Source of the DNA: Felis catus
Taxonomy: Eukaryota
Direction: 5' to 3'
Assembly (NCBI RefSeq): GCF_018350175.1
Contig: NC_058368.1
Span: 13,020,001-13,084,000 of the forward strand
DNA: 64,000 nucleotides
In this document: positions 24,709 through 38,276 of the stretch, piece after piece
How positions within the stretch are numbered: position 1 is the first letter of the stretch
Layout of the letters: each line of letters begins with the position of its first letter
Notes under the pieces: generated by a model
The model's database searches: none
The model's input: the letters and a program-made list of their open reading frames with translations, nothing else
What the model was told of the DNA's origin: nothing
Position numbers and translations under genes: made by a program

Positions 24709-25474
24709 TACCAACCCATTTTCAAATATGCTAAAGTCTGTGTTTTACCTGAGTACCCTGGACAGGGCTTTGCACAAACTCTTCTTGACACGCTGAGTGG
24801 ATTCACCAGTTTTCATCACGATTTCTTATAATCTAGATGATATTTAATGATGCTAAATATTTACTTGTCTTGACTTTGTTTTCTTTATTCATTCATAGAT
24901 TGCTCCTGGACTGTAAGTTACTTTGAAGGCTATTACGTATCTTTTGTATCCTCTATGGAATCTTGCATGTAGTAGGGCTGTGATAAACAATTGAACCGGT
25001 GGTAATGAATACCTCTTATGGTCCCATAAGGGTGATTGAAGAAGCAGTGAAATACTCAGAGACTCCTAGGAATGGCCTTCATTGACCTAACTTCTCTCTT
25101 ATGTTGTAGCATGTGAAGTTTTGCATATACTTTGCACTTTGCTCACAATGTGCTGATGTCTGCTCTTTCTGTCGTTCAGGCTTCAGAACCCAGTCTGAAC
25201 GTCATTTCTTGAGAAAATTCTTCCCTGAGTGATTAGGTCCACCTGCTAATCATGTCCACAAACCCCCTACTTCTTCAAAACACTCATCTCACCTGTAACG
25301 ATCATTTTGACATGTTGTTCTCAGACCATAATAAGGTCCATGAATCAGGACCAGGTAGGTTTATGCCCACATGCATTCCTTCATGTAGCTCATCTCCTGG
25401 TACTTATTTGTCATGTATTTAGTACATAATTATGATTAGCTATGCCACCATGTGATGAAAATAGTATTGTCACT

Positions 25475-25682
25475 GGGGCGCCTGGGTGGCTCAGTTGGTT
25501 AAGTGTCCTACTTTGGCTCAGGTCATGATCTCACTGTTGTGGGTTCAAGCCCCACGTTGGGCTGTCTGCTATCAGTGCAGAGCCCGCTTCGGATCCTGTC
25601 TCCCTCTCTGTCTTCCCCTCCTCCACATGCATCCACTCTTTCTAGCTCTCTCTCTCTCTCTCAAAAATAAAGAAACATTAAA
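25475..25682 (+). mobile_element. Can-SINE
   Basis: ggggcgcctgggtggctcagttggttaag head, CT tract, A tail. Confidence 0.93.
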
Positions 25683-26107
25683 CACAATATTTTCACCTTT
25701 TCTTCTTTAGCTTTAGTCTACATTTTTTACACATATTTTTATATATATGCACGTTGGTTTCTCAGGGAATAAAACAGCTGACGTGTATTGTGCTTTTATA
25801 AAAGACAAAGTAACTTAGAGATTTAATGGACTCAATGAAAAATATTATATTCAGAAATGACCTCTCTGAGTTCTCAGTCTTTCTTTTGGATAATTTGTAA
25901 CCCTGCAGAATTAACATGAGTTTCTGTAGCTGCAAAGACAAAAGGCCTTAGTTTTATGATAAACCAATTGAAAATTAATTTTTTTCCAGAAAAATTTTGT
26001 AGGAAGAAGACATTAGGAATGAGTTGAAGCTACCAATTTTATTGGCATAGTGATGAGGCCAATTCAAAAGAAGCAAATTAAATTTCATTCCCTTCAAATA
26101 CATTGGT

Positions 26108-26400
26108 AGTATTTCTAATACCATATGCTGTGGAGCACCAGTCCCTTGAGATGATCCATGAAAAAGAGCTTAACGAGCAAATTAGTTTCAGAAACACTAC
26201 TATTTATGACCCCTTTTGAAGAGTATAATATGTATTAGCATATTAAATGCTCTGAGGTGTCCTAATGTGAAGAAACCAACTTAGTTTAAACCAGAAATTC
26301 CTAGACTTGTTTAAACAAGGAGTTCTCAAACTTTTTTTTTTTTTTTTCCTAAACATGTCATGCCTATTAACAGTCTGAGAAAATCAAGCTCTTTAAGAGT
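26108..26400. mobile_element. MER103C-like DNA transposon remnant
   Basis: agtatttctaatacc...gtggagcaccagtccc...tattagcatattaaatgctctgag...; weak recall of consensus. Confidence 0.45.
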
Positions 26401-27828
26401 TTTTGTACTAGGGTAATGACTATGGACATAAAACTTTAAAATTATAGAACAAATGTATAACAATTATTGCCACAATGAAAGTTGGTTATGCCTCCTAACT
26501 ATTGTGTAGAGTCAAAACCTTACCTGTATAAAACTAGCCTCAGTGTGTCAGGTACTTAATCCTTTCAAATGTGGCCAAGGATATCTGCACTGCCTGGTAA
26601 TTTAACCAAGTGACCATAGACTAAGTTCACAGAATGAAGGACAGCCATCATTTGTCCAAAGCTTAGATTTCCTTGTCTTTTAGTCATAATTAAAAGTTTT
26701 TCTAAGCGCCTTCCATGCGTAATGTACTTAATAATCAGTAGAAGGATTAATATCCAACACTGTCAAAAAATGTTCACAGATTCATGGAATTATTATTGTG
26801 AGGACTGAACCAGCAAAATTAAAAGCAGACACTTTATAAATTATAAAGTGCTCATCTAAGCGTTTTGCCACTATATTTGGTGCAACCTTCTCAACAAGGA
26901 AGATTGTCATCAATATCCTTGAAATTGCCTCTCACATCTTGGAAGTTCTGCTTATTAGAGAGAAGAGACACAGAACAAGGCTCTGAAATTTTATCTTGAC
27001 AAATTGGGCTGCATGGCAGCTTGTTCATAGGACCTGAAATTTCATCTGAATACTAATGTTGGCATTGTGTTGACTTTACCAAGTCAAGCTCGAACACTCA
27101 GGCTTGCTTGCAGTTCACCCACCATACAAATTTTCTTCATTACTGCCATGTCCTCACATTCTAAAGTCTGCCTCGCAAGAAATTACACGCATCTGAACAC
27201 CGTCAACAAATGAGATCTGACAAGTAAACATTTTGCAGCAATGGGATTTGAAATCTGGACTTTGATTGCCTTCAACTCCTGATGATATTGTATCACAGAT
27301 TCTTCATGTGATGTATTAAAAGTGTCCTTCCTTTTTGAAAAGCCATGGGGAATCAATAAGGAGTGAGAATTTTTAACAAGCTGAAGCACCTCAAAGCTGA
27401 AGTAATTAGTTCATGAAACTTGACATGCCACTCTTCTGAAGGTGAACCTAGGAAACTGTGAGAAACAATCTGATAGAATAAAGTCCGTTTCACCTGTCAT
27501 TTCCCTACAGAGGCTGGGTGGCCTTCCACCCTTACTAGTAACTCCCAAGGAGTAATCCAGATAAGTATTTTCACCAACTGGCACTCAGGAAATCTCAGCA
27601 TCCTTTCTGATGTGCATGGGCCAAAGCCCCCTCAAAACACATGAGTCACCATTTCCAGGGAGTTGCAACAAAATCAAAGTGTACCATTTATTACAGACTC
27701 AAGTTCTCATAATACAACTCCAATTACACAGTAGAAATGGAGGCCCAAGATGTTCTCACGTAGCACAACACAACGGAAAGGGTCAAATGTCTAAGATCAA
27801 ATTCAATCTGTTACTAGCTAGACTTTAA

Positions 27829-27859
27829 TGGTGGTGGTGGTGGTGGTGGTGGTGGTGGT
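27829..27859. repeat. (GGT)n trinucleotide repeat
   Basis: About 10 pure units. Confidence 0.95.
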
Positions 27860-27997
27860 ACTGCTGGGAGATTAATGTCCCTGCACCTTAGTTTCCTTCC
27901 CTGTAAAACAGGGGGGGAAATGCTCTGTCCAACCCACTTACAAAGAAATGACGACTGTCGAAAATACATGTTAACTTATTCTGTGAACATAAATGGC

Positions 27998-28445
27998 TGT
28001 CTCAGTTTGAATTCCTCTAGAAACCAATCCTGAGACAAGAATTTGGGGTGCATTTGTTTATTTGGAAAGTAGTCCCAGGAAATACCAGCAGGATAAAAGG
28101 AAGAGGTGGTAATGGGCATGATTTCCAATAATCATTGTACACAACTGACTTAGTCTCACTGGGAACTCTGGGAAGCAGTGCAGGATACAGACCTCAGAGT
28201 TATCGCAACTAAGGGGTGATACTACTGAGTGCACGCAGACCAATTCCACTTAGCCATGAAGGAAGGCTGTTCTGAGAGATGGGGTGTTGATTCTTGACAC
28301 TTCAGCTGTCACATGCATGGGTTCAGTGGTCTCAGAGGAAGCAATGGAAAGTCCTTATGAAAAGAGATGTTGGTCCCGACAGCTGGAAGTAGCCTGATAT
28401 GCAGCTAAATGCAGAAGGCCAGAGAAATATGAGCTGAGTATTGAC
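27998..28445 (-). mobile_element. ERVL LTR33-like solo LTR
   Basis: tgtctcagtttgaattcctctagaaaccaatcctgagacaagaatttgg...tatttggaaagtagtcccaggaaatacc; related copy at 44620-45000. Confidence 0.6.
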
Positions 28446-29012
28446 ATATATACAGTATACGTATACACACGTGTATATGTATGTGTATATATTTACACAC
28501 ACATGGAAGTATATGTGCATATATATACACACATATGCAATACACATATCTGTAAATATGTTCACCAAGAACTCTTTGTGATCTCTCAGTCCTTTTTCCT
28601 TCTATTCCTCAGAATTTTGAACCACTGTCATGAGTTTGATGAAAACATTTTACCTTTGAAATTTTATAAAACTATTACCCAAAAAGTATTCAGAACCAAC
28701 TTACAGTACTATTCTACTTGTTTTACAATTTAATAGGAATGGTATTAATGGTATGCATCATTCTACAGCTTGTAATTTTCATTTAACATCGCTTTTATAG
28801 TCTAGTCATGTTGAAACATTGGTTTTCAATTGTTCTATCGCAAGAGTCGGCAAACATTTTTTGTAAAGAGCCAGATAATAAATATTTTAGGTGTTGGAAG
28901 TCATATAGGCTACCATACAGGCATTTTATGTTTTGATGTAATTAACTTTATCAGTTTGTTCTATTATTTATGTTTTGAAGTTTATTTATTACTTTTTAAA
29001 TAAACCTCAAGG

Positions 29013-29212
29013 AGAGCCAAAGCATAAGAGACTCTTAAAAACTGAGAACAAACTGAGGGGTGATGGGGAGTGGGAGGGAGGGGAGGGTGGGTGTTGGGTA
29101 TTGAGGAGGGCACCTTTTGGGATGAGCACTGGGTGTTGTATGGAAACCAATTTGACAATAAATTTCATATATTGAAAAAAACCCAAAAAAAAACAAAACA
29201 AAAATAAATAAA
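29013..29212 (+). mobile_element. 5'-truncated young felid L1 (3'UTR plus tail only)
   Basis: ~8 mismatches in 162 bp versus 9660-9821; TSD taaataaacctcaagg at 28997-29012 and 29213-29228. Confidence 0.96.
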
Positions 29213-30102
29213 TAAATAAACCTCAAGGTGACGTGAAAGGTTTTCAAATCTATCTTAACTTGTAGGACAGTCCCCTCGGTGGTCCCATGTTTATGCACTG
29301 ACTCCAACTGCAGCTCCTCATTTAGTGCTGAGTGATAGGCTTTACTTCCAGCTCTACCAGGACATCAGAACCCAGCTGTCTCAAATGTGTATCTTGCCCT
29401 CAATGTTGAGAGAGGCGTTTTGGTTCAACTCTAGCTTTCCTAGATCTGAGTCACTTTTTCATTTTTTAGCCCCTGAAGATTTCCCTTTCTTGCTATTAAG
29501 TAGTTTTGTTTTGCTGTTTTGTTTTGTTTTGTTTTTTGGTATATTTCCCCCTAGTGTTTTCTTCTTTTGTGGATGGGAAGGGGCCTTATAATTTCTTCTT
29601 GGGTCTTCCAGATGTTTACAAAAAATTATCTATTCACATTGCTTCCCCAAATGGACACCAGACTCTGTACCTACCAGTTTCATGATAAAATTGGTGCCCT
29701 GGGAGTATAGCTGGCAACATTAATTCACAATTAAATTGTGAACTCCTTGAGGGCAGGGACAATATGTTATATATTATTTCATCTCTAGCATCTATGATAC
29801 CGTAATATAGTATTAGGCACTTGATAAATGTATTTTAAAAGAATGTAAAATAGAAAAATGTTGAAGAGGTTTTACAGGACTTACATACAGAATGGTTTAA
29901 GAAAGTCAATGATTATTTCTATACTGGATAATAGGAATCAATACACTTAACATTATTCATTTAGCGTCTATTGTGAGCTCATCTCAGCCTTGAAGGATGA
30001 TATGGAAAATAGCCTACGTTGTTTCCTTTTGACCTGAAAGGGCCATGAGCTCCTTGTTGTCTTGTAAAAAAGCAAGGAGAACACACCAGAAACATTGCAG
30101 AA

Positions 30103-30105
30103 TGT

Positions 30106-30150
<45 letters not shown>

Positions 30151-30166
30151 CGCACGTGTGCGCATG
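30103..30166. repeat. (TG)n running into a CG/CA alternating purine-pyrimidine tract
   Basis: tgtgtg...tgtgcgcgcacgcacgtgtgcgcatgc. Confidence 0.95.
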
Positions 30167-31242
30167 CCTACATCACAGACTATAGGGACGGTTAAGCCGC
30201 AAGTGATGAGAGAGTTTAGAAAACTGGAGATCTCTTATGGGACTGGGAATCAAGAGACACATCTTAAAGGAGGAGAGATTTGATCAGATTCTTCCAGAAT
30301 GGGCAGCATTTGGATAATCCACCAGACAGCATGCCCAGCAGAGGGAATAGTACATGAATTAAGGACAGCAGATAAAAACAGCACAGTGTGTCCATATGTC
30401 CATAGGGATGATTTTGGATCTGCCTTTGTTAAATCACTGGGTATTGCTCCCAGTATTCACTTTTCTAACTAAAGCTGGGAATATAGTAGGGGGATAGCCC
30501 CACATACCCAGACAGGAGTGAGGCCTGTAAAGGCATTTAGATAGTTCATTGAGAGATCCTAAAAGGTGAGGTGAAAGCTCTGCCTCATCTAGGGCATCCA
30601 CCCAGTGGCTTTAAAAGCCATTTGCCAACTCTCTTGTTTTCAGGCCAAGTCTCGGTGGAAGACTCATAAAGGCACCTCTGGGTGTCTGTGCAGCATAATA
30701 ATCCTGGAATTTGAGATCTATATTTAGTTCTGCCCACACACTGTGTGATGTGAGAGCAGAGATATGGGATTGCCAGCAGCAGTGGGTCCCACACGTCCTG
30801 ACTAGTAAGAGGACAGAGACTGAAGGCATCTGCAGAGAGAAACCAATCTGCGCTTAAGGTCTGGCTCGTTTGCACCCTGGGTGCAGAAGTCACCCTGGTA
30901 ACAAAGTCAGCTCCAAACTCTTCACTCAGGAGAAATCATTACCAAAGTGTCTAGAAAATAACTGAGTACACAATATACTTGTTTTCCTTTTTTTATTTGC
31001 TTTACTTAAAGCAAATAGTTGTATAAGAAAGAACAATATTTCCCACTTGCTCTTCTCCAGCCTGTTGTAGATCGTGTGTGGACATTGTCCCAGGCCTCAC
31101 TAGTGGCTCACTTCTCAGGAGTCACTTCTTCAGGTGTTTGGGGCCCAGGCTACTGCTCTCTTGCTGCCAAAAACACCTTTATTCCCTTTTCTGATCTCTA
31201 CCCCTTCTCTAGGATGAGTTGATAGTCCCAGAACCATTATTT

Positions 31243-31458
31243 AAAAATTTTTTTAAATGTTTATTTATTTTTGAGAGAGACAGAGACAGAATGCGAGTAG
31301 GTTAGGGGCAGAGAGAGAGGAAGACACAGAATCCGAAGCAGGCTCCAGGCTCCAAGCTGTCAGCACAGAGCCCGACGCAGGGCTTGAACTTACAGGCTGT
31401 GAGATCATGACCTGAGCCGAAGTCGGATGCTCAACCGACTGAGCCACCCAGGCACCCC
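31243..31458 (-). mobile_element. Can-SINE (SINEC_Fc2-like)
   Basis: TSD core gaaccattattt at 31231-31242 and 31461-31472. Confidence 0.95.
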
Positions 31459-31659
31459 CGGAACCATTATTTTTGCCACAAACAAAACATTCTTAGCTTA
31501 CAGTATTTGCTAAGCTTACAAAGTAAGAAAGTAATGACCACCTAAAATAAACTTGAGAACAATTCCCCTAAATTAAAGAATGAAAAAAGGTCATGCAGTG
31601 TTATTTGGTGGAAAACTTTACCAAATGCTTGAATTATGAGGGTAGATTTTAAAGTGAAA

Positions 31660-32153
31660 AGGGCACAGGCCAATTAAAAAATGGGCAAAAGATATGGACA
31701 CTGCACCGAAGAAGATATACAGGTATCAAACAAACATAAGAAAAAATGGTCAAATTTATTTGTTATTGGGATATTGCAAATTAAAACAACAATGAGATAT
31801 CACTGCCCACCTAGTAGAAGGGCTAAGATCCAAAAATCTGGCAATACTAATTGCTGGCAATGATTTGAATCAACAGGAAGTCTCATTTATTCCTGGTAGG
31901 AATGCAAAATGGTACAGCCACTTTGGAACACAGTTTGGCAGTTTCTTACAAAGCTAAACGTTGGTTTACCATATGATCCAGCAATCATAGTCCTAGGTAT
32001 ATACTTAACTCATTTGGAAACTTAAAACCCTGCATATGAATGGTTATAGTGGTTATACTCATAATCACTGAAAACTGGAAGTAAGCAATATGTCTTTAAA
32101 AGGTGATTGGATAAACAAGCCGTAATACATCCATACAACAGAAACTATCCAAT

Positions 32154-32199
<46 letters not shown>

Positions 32200-34060
32200 T
32201 TTCCAAGCTCTGAAAAGCCATGGGCAAATCTTAAATGACTATTCTCAGTGAAAGAAGTTAGTCTGAAAAGGCTACATGTATGATTCCACTTATGACCATC
32301 TGGAAAAGGCAAAACTCTTGAGATGGTAAACAGATCAGTGGTTGCCAAGAGTTCTGTGGGGGAAGGGGAGGGGGTTGAATACGTGAAGCACAAAGTATTT
32401 TTGTAGGGTGGTGAAACTCTCCTCTATGATACTGTAGACCCATATAACTTGTAGTAAAAAAGTGAGAATATATGCAAAATTTAAAAAGTCTTTTAGGATA
32501 TCTGGGAATCCCAAAATGGAATATAAAATGTGGCAAAATTGTCTAACCGTATTACAAGTGTATGAAACACGCTCACTGAAGAGTATGGGGGAGAAGGTGC
32601 TGATCTAAATAACTTTGGAAGTGGGTGGAATCTCTCAGGCTAAAGACAAAAGAACTACACATATGTAATGTAATCTGGTTGATAAAGCCGCTGCCTACAG
32701 GTATATGGATTAATAATTCTGAAACCCCTATATATGTATATGAGATTTGAACAGTTAACTAAATGGATAACAGATTGAAGGAATCACATTTCTTACTGTT
32801 ATAATGGGCAGGTTATGGATAAACAAAGGAAGAGGCTTGAGTGACCCATGTTGTAATGGATTAGAGTTGGAGACATCAGTATGAATGCATGTTTAGGTTA
32901 ATGTAGATACAAGTGGTTACATATAGACATATTTACAGATATGTGTGTATACATATAGAATATAGAAATATATATTTTTGCTCTGTCTACAGTGAGGGCC
33001 TAGAGGCAATGATACCTTGGAAGCAATGAACCCACTTGGCAACCAGATTTTGGTTTCTAATGCCATTCTCCAATAAAAAGAACAAGGACATCTTTGGAAA
33101 AGTGACTGATTATAGGACTAGGATAGGAAATGTACAAGATGATGTTGGGCTATCTTATAGTGCAAGAAAATAAAATGTCAAGCACATTTCAGAAGACACA
33201 GGAATCAACTGAAAGAGCTCCCAATATCCAATTCTGAAACAATTTGAGATACAAAATAAAGTAGTATTGGATTATAACATAACATATAAAATATATATAC
33301 CATGGTGCCATACTTATAAATAAGTAATTGAGTAAAATAAATGGAGATGAAGAGACAAATATCTTATGTGGTATAATTCTAAATCATTTATGCAGATATT
33401 CTGCTCTTAAGGAGGTGGAATATGACTCATCAGTCCTTAAGTATGGGCTGCCCATCTGACTTCCTTCCAAAGAGGGCAGTGTGGAAAGGGGAAGAAAAAG
33501 AGTAACTTTATAGGGGAAAACCTGACAAACAGTATCTTGGCCAGGTGGTCAAGGTAAACATCAACAGTGATAAGTCATGTTGATTGTACAATGTGATGAG
33601 AATGGCACTTGACCTTTGTGATCTTCCTCCTGAAAACCCATAACCCTAGTGTAATCATGAGAAAACACCTGAAAAATCCGAACTGAGTGAAATTCTACAA
33701 AACACCCTATCAATACTCCTTTAAACTGTCAAGGTCATCAAAATAAGAAAATTGAGAAATTGTCACAAGCAGGAAGAACCTGAGGAGACATGACAACTAA
33801 ATGTAATGAAGTATTCTGGGTGGAATCTTGGAACAGGAAAGGGGCATTAGAGAAAAACTGACACAATCTGAATAAAGTATGGACTTTGATAATAATGTAT
33901 CAATATCGGTTCATTAATTGTGGTGTATGTGCCGTCCTAAGGTAAGATGTTAACAATAGGTAAAATTGGCTGTAGGGTATATGGGAACTCTCTGTATTAG
34001 TTTCTCAATTTGAATGTAAATCTAAAAACTATTCTACAATAAAAAGTTTATTAAAAAATG
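31660..34060 (+). mobile_element. L1MC-type 3' end (ORF2 C-terminus plus long 3'UTR)
   Basis: Degenerate ORF2 C-terminal peptide (EEDIQ...IKTTMRYH); ends gggtatatgggaactctctgta...taaatctaaaactattct...aataaaaagtttattaaaaaa; contains (AC)n at ~32159-32196. Confidence 0.85.
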
Positions 34061-34390
34061 AAAAGGGTCTTATAATAATATTTCTACTTTGAAAAATGCT
34101 GCTTTATACCAAGTTTATTAGACCTTGTAATATCAAAGTATTTTCCACGAAAGATTATGTACTTCAGCAATCTGATAGAAATTCACTATAAATTTTATTT
34201 TCCTCTACATTTTAATCAGGAATAAAACCAACATGCATTTAAAAATGTATTATATAACAAATTTTAACATTGGAACCAACTAGCTTGTTATCTTGTGCTT
34301 CTAAGTTAATTAATTTTTGTGCAGTCCTCAGGATAAACCTTCTTTTGCTACTATTATATAGCTGTGGGTACTGTGATCATGCAAGGTGAG

Positions 34391-34631
34391 TTTTTTATTT
34401 TTTATTTTTTTTGAGACAGAGAGAGAGAGAGAGAAGAGAGAGAGGCACCACAGGGAAGAGGGGCAGCAGAGGGAGGGAGGGAGACAGAGAGAGAGAGAGA
34501 GAGAGAGAGGGAGAAAATCTCAAACAGGCTCCACGCTGAATGTGGATTGCTTGATCCCATGACCCTAGGATCATGACCTGAGCCGAAATCAAGAGTCTGA
34601 TGCTCAACTGACTGAACCATCCTGGTGCCCC
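34391..34631 (-). mobile_element. Can-SINE (older subfamily)
   Basis: gatcatgacctgagccgaaatcaagagtctgatgctcaactgactga...gcccc; degenerate TSD aaggtga. Confidence 0.92.
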
Positions 34632-34948
34632 ATAAGGTGAATTGTTTTAAAAGAGCAAGAACACTTGTTTATGTGAATATGGACTTTCTCTAAGCTGAAT
34701 AAAGAAAAGTCATGGCAGGCATTAATTTCACTCATCTTCAACTTGCTGGCATAATCCCAGTTTTGAATTGTTTGTATTTATTGAAACAGCTTAATTAAGT
34801 GACCTGTAAAATTACAAGGCAAAAATACATTTTGTAAATTAAATTTATTGTAAAATAAATTTTTATTAATGTAATATCACTGTTTAATATATTAGGACCA
34901 CTGTTTTATATATTGTATCATACTTATTAATTTTAAAAGAGGTTTCTG

Positions 34949-35140
34949 TTTGTTTTTGTTTACTTATTTTGAGTGAGTGAGTGGGGGGACGGGCAGAGAG
35001 AGGAGACAGAGAGAGAGAATCCCAGGCAGGCTCCGAGTTGTGAGTGCAGAGCCGAGCCCAACTTCACGGAGCCCTGAGATCATGACCTGAACAGAAATCC
35101 AGAGTCAGACATTTAACTGACTGAGCCACCCAGGCGCCCC
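34949..35140 (-). mobile_element. Can-SINE
   Basis: 15-bp TSD taaaagaggtttctg at 34934-34948 and 35141-35155. Confidence 0.95.
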
Positions 35141-35799
35141 TAAAAGAGGTTTCTGATGATTGTTTTTAAGCCTTGAAAGCTACTTTAATGCAACAAAACT
35201 TAGTCTGTAATATAGTCTAGAATTGATATACCTGACAATTCATTTATGACCCTTGTCACATATGACTATTTTCATTCAAAATTTTCCTAAGTTCAGAAAT
35301 AACACTTGCATCAAAAAATAGATATGAAATTTAATAAGCAAGATAGCATAGACTCACAAACCCATTACTAGTAAACAATATTTTCTGATAGGAAAGGTAA
35401 AAGGACAAGAAAAAGCACAGTTATGATGTTCTGGTGGGAGTCATTTTTCGTATTTAAGTGAGAATCTGACAAATCATTCTGTGAGCCTCAGTTAGCACAT
35501 CCATAAATAGATATGCTAATACTTGACCTGCCTAAAAGATGAAGGACAGGGGCCAAAAAAAGCCGCTGAGAGCCCTGAGTTCTAGCATGAAAACAATTGT
35601 AGGCTTTTAGCCCATTTACCAAATGATCAAGTATAAACTACTGTGTTGTTTTCATAGTATCGTTATTTAACACGTCGGTCCTGTTTTTTTCCCATTTCCT
35701 ACTTTTTCTTCCGTTGCTTCTTTTCAACCACCCTTTTCTCTTCCCAGAAGTCTGAAATGCTGTTGAGTCTCCCAATCTTCTGAGTCAACATTTTGTTTG

Positions 35800-36790
35800 A
35801 AAGTCAGGTCTAATTTTTGCCCTGTGCAATATTTGAGGATTGACTGTTTCCCCCACTCTCTCCATAATGGAAGAGTTCCTTAGATTTCTCTCACATCTGT
35901 GGGTGCCCCGTTGCAGTCTCCTTTGAGGCACCTCTTTCCCTGGCTCAAGACTTAGCAACAGAAACTCTTTGGGGCCCCCCTGATTTTCTACTCTGCTACT
36001 TTTCTATTCTTCTACTTTTCACACTCTTCTGAGTGACATAATCAACATCCATGGCATCAACTACTGCATAATATGTTGATGATTCCAGAAACCTATATTT
36101 TTAGTCAGGATTTTTTGTGAATTCCAAGTCTTCTACTCAATCACCTCTTGAACTCTTCCACTTAAGCTGTCTTACAAGTATTCCAAATTCATCGTGTCTA
36201 AAACATCATCCCCACCTCCAATTTCTAACCTCTTATTGTATTTCCCACCTTAGCAAATGGAACCATCCTCAACCCAGTTACCCAAAGGAGAAATGTAGGA
36301 GTATTTTAGAATTAATTAGCTCACTAGAGCCAAGGAATAAGTGCTTATATTATTCTCACCTGGATCTTTCAATTAGTCTTTCTTTTTCAGTCTGGCCCTC
36401 CTTCAATCCATCTTTATCATATATCAAAATAATTTTCTAAAATATAAATAATTTCATGCTTAACATCCTTCAGCACGACGTTTTAGAATAAAGTCATACT
36501 CCTATTTTAGGACATAAAATTATCATCTCATTCCTACATGCTGCTGCATCTTCCAAGACTTTACCACCCTTCTGGGCTTTTGAGACATGCTCTCTCTGTC
36601 TGAGATCTCTCTGTTCTTCCCTTATTCCTCTTCTATTCTTTCCTAACCATTCCCATCTTACTTCCTTATCCCTTGCTGAGACTACAGCACCTTCTGTATA
36701 CCACCCTCATAGAGTTGACCAAAGTAAAATATAATCACTCACGTGCTTATTTCAACCTTCATTAGACTGTAATTTATTTGAGGATAGGAA
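35800..36790 (+). mobile_element. L2 fragments
   Basis: catccatggcatcaactactgcataatatgttgatgattccagaaacctatatt resembles the decayed L2 RT YADD region; pyrimidine-rich L2 3' portion follows. Confidence 0.6.
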
Positions 36791-37590
36791 TCACCTCCAC
36801 CCACCTACTTCAACAAATCCTGATTTTCTTTTTTTCTATAGAGAACCATTTGCAACTAAAGAGTTTGTATTCAGTCAGCAAACCAAGAATGATGAAAGGA
36901 AAAAGAAATGAATCCATGCTACAACCAATGGAGAGGTTGATATTATGGATGGTCATTAGCACAATTTCTTAGAAAATCCCAGAGTTTTAATCAGATTATA
37001 GAAACAGAGGCAAAAGAAAAGGGTGATTTTGTATGGCCTATCAAAGTTACACAAGGATAGAGTCCAGGTTCAGAAGAGGCCAAAAAGCAGCGGCTATCTG
37101 GGAGAAATGAAAGATGGAAAGAGGTCAAAATCTGGGAGAAAAAGATGATTTTTTAAAAAGTCAGAAGCCTTTAATTTTAATGATCTTTATTTATTAAAAA
37201 GATCACTTGTGGTCTTTCCAACAAGTATGTCTACTTATGAATGACAAGGAGATGTCCTCCAGAGAAGGAGAATATAAGAGGGAATGACTTGAAAAAACAA
37301 AATTTCAAGAGTTGAAGGTAGCACTTAGAACTGGTTAAATTATTTAAGATATTAGGGTTGAATATAGGTCAGTATTCATAAATTTTAATAATTTATTGAC
37401 AAACAAATTATTTAAAGGCACAGTGTACTTAAAGATATATCTAAAAGCACTTAAAATAAATGCTTTGCATAGTATTAGAAGTGTCACATTTATTGTGACT
37501 ATTAATGCTATTGTTATTGTTAAAAATGAAAGGTTACCCTGAACACCATGGGAAAAAAATCCATGTAAAGATGCAAATCAAATAAGTTAT

Positions 37591-37766
37591 AGGGCACCTG
37601 GGTGGCTCAGTCGGTTGGGCATCCAACCCTTGATTTTGGCTCAAGTCATGATCTAAACAGTTTGTGAGATCGAACTCCATATGGGACTCTGTGCTGACAG
37701 TGCAAAGCCTGCTGGGGACACTCTCTCTCTCTCCCTTTCTGTGCCTCCCCTGCTTGCACATGCATG

Positions 37767-37817
<51 letters not shown>

Positions 37818-37858
37818 TCTCTCTCTCTTTCTCTCTCTCAGAATAAATTAGTTTTAAA
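37591..37858 (+). mobile_element. Can-SINE with expanded (CT)n
   Basis: gggcacctgggtggctcagtcggttgg head; near-TSD aaataagttata / aaataatttata. Confidence 0.93.
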
Positions 37859-38276
37859 AAATAATTTATAAACACCTGGAAGAGTAAATGGTACTAAGTT
37901 GCAGCTGTTTCATACATATATATCATATACAAAAATATATATTTACACACACAGATTTACTTTGTTTCTTTAGAGAATGCCTTAGGTCAGACATCTCATT
38001 TTCCACCTCTAGGAAAAAGGCAAATCACATCAACAAAAGAGAAAAGATGGTGAATTATGTAGCTTAGAGAAAACCTTTCATGTTTGCTACATAGGATTTG
38101 CTGTCAATGAATTCAGAAAATAAAAGTCCTTGTTAATAAATATTATTGAGTATATTCCATGTGCCAGACAAAAACAGACCCCAGAAGAACCTTAATTCCT
38201 GCCATTTGGGAGCATATATTGTAGTTACAGTGGATATGGTTCATAAAATAAGATGAAACAAGTAAAATGCCTATTA

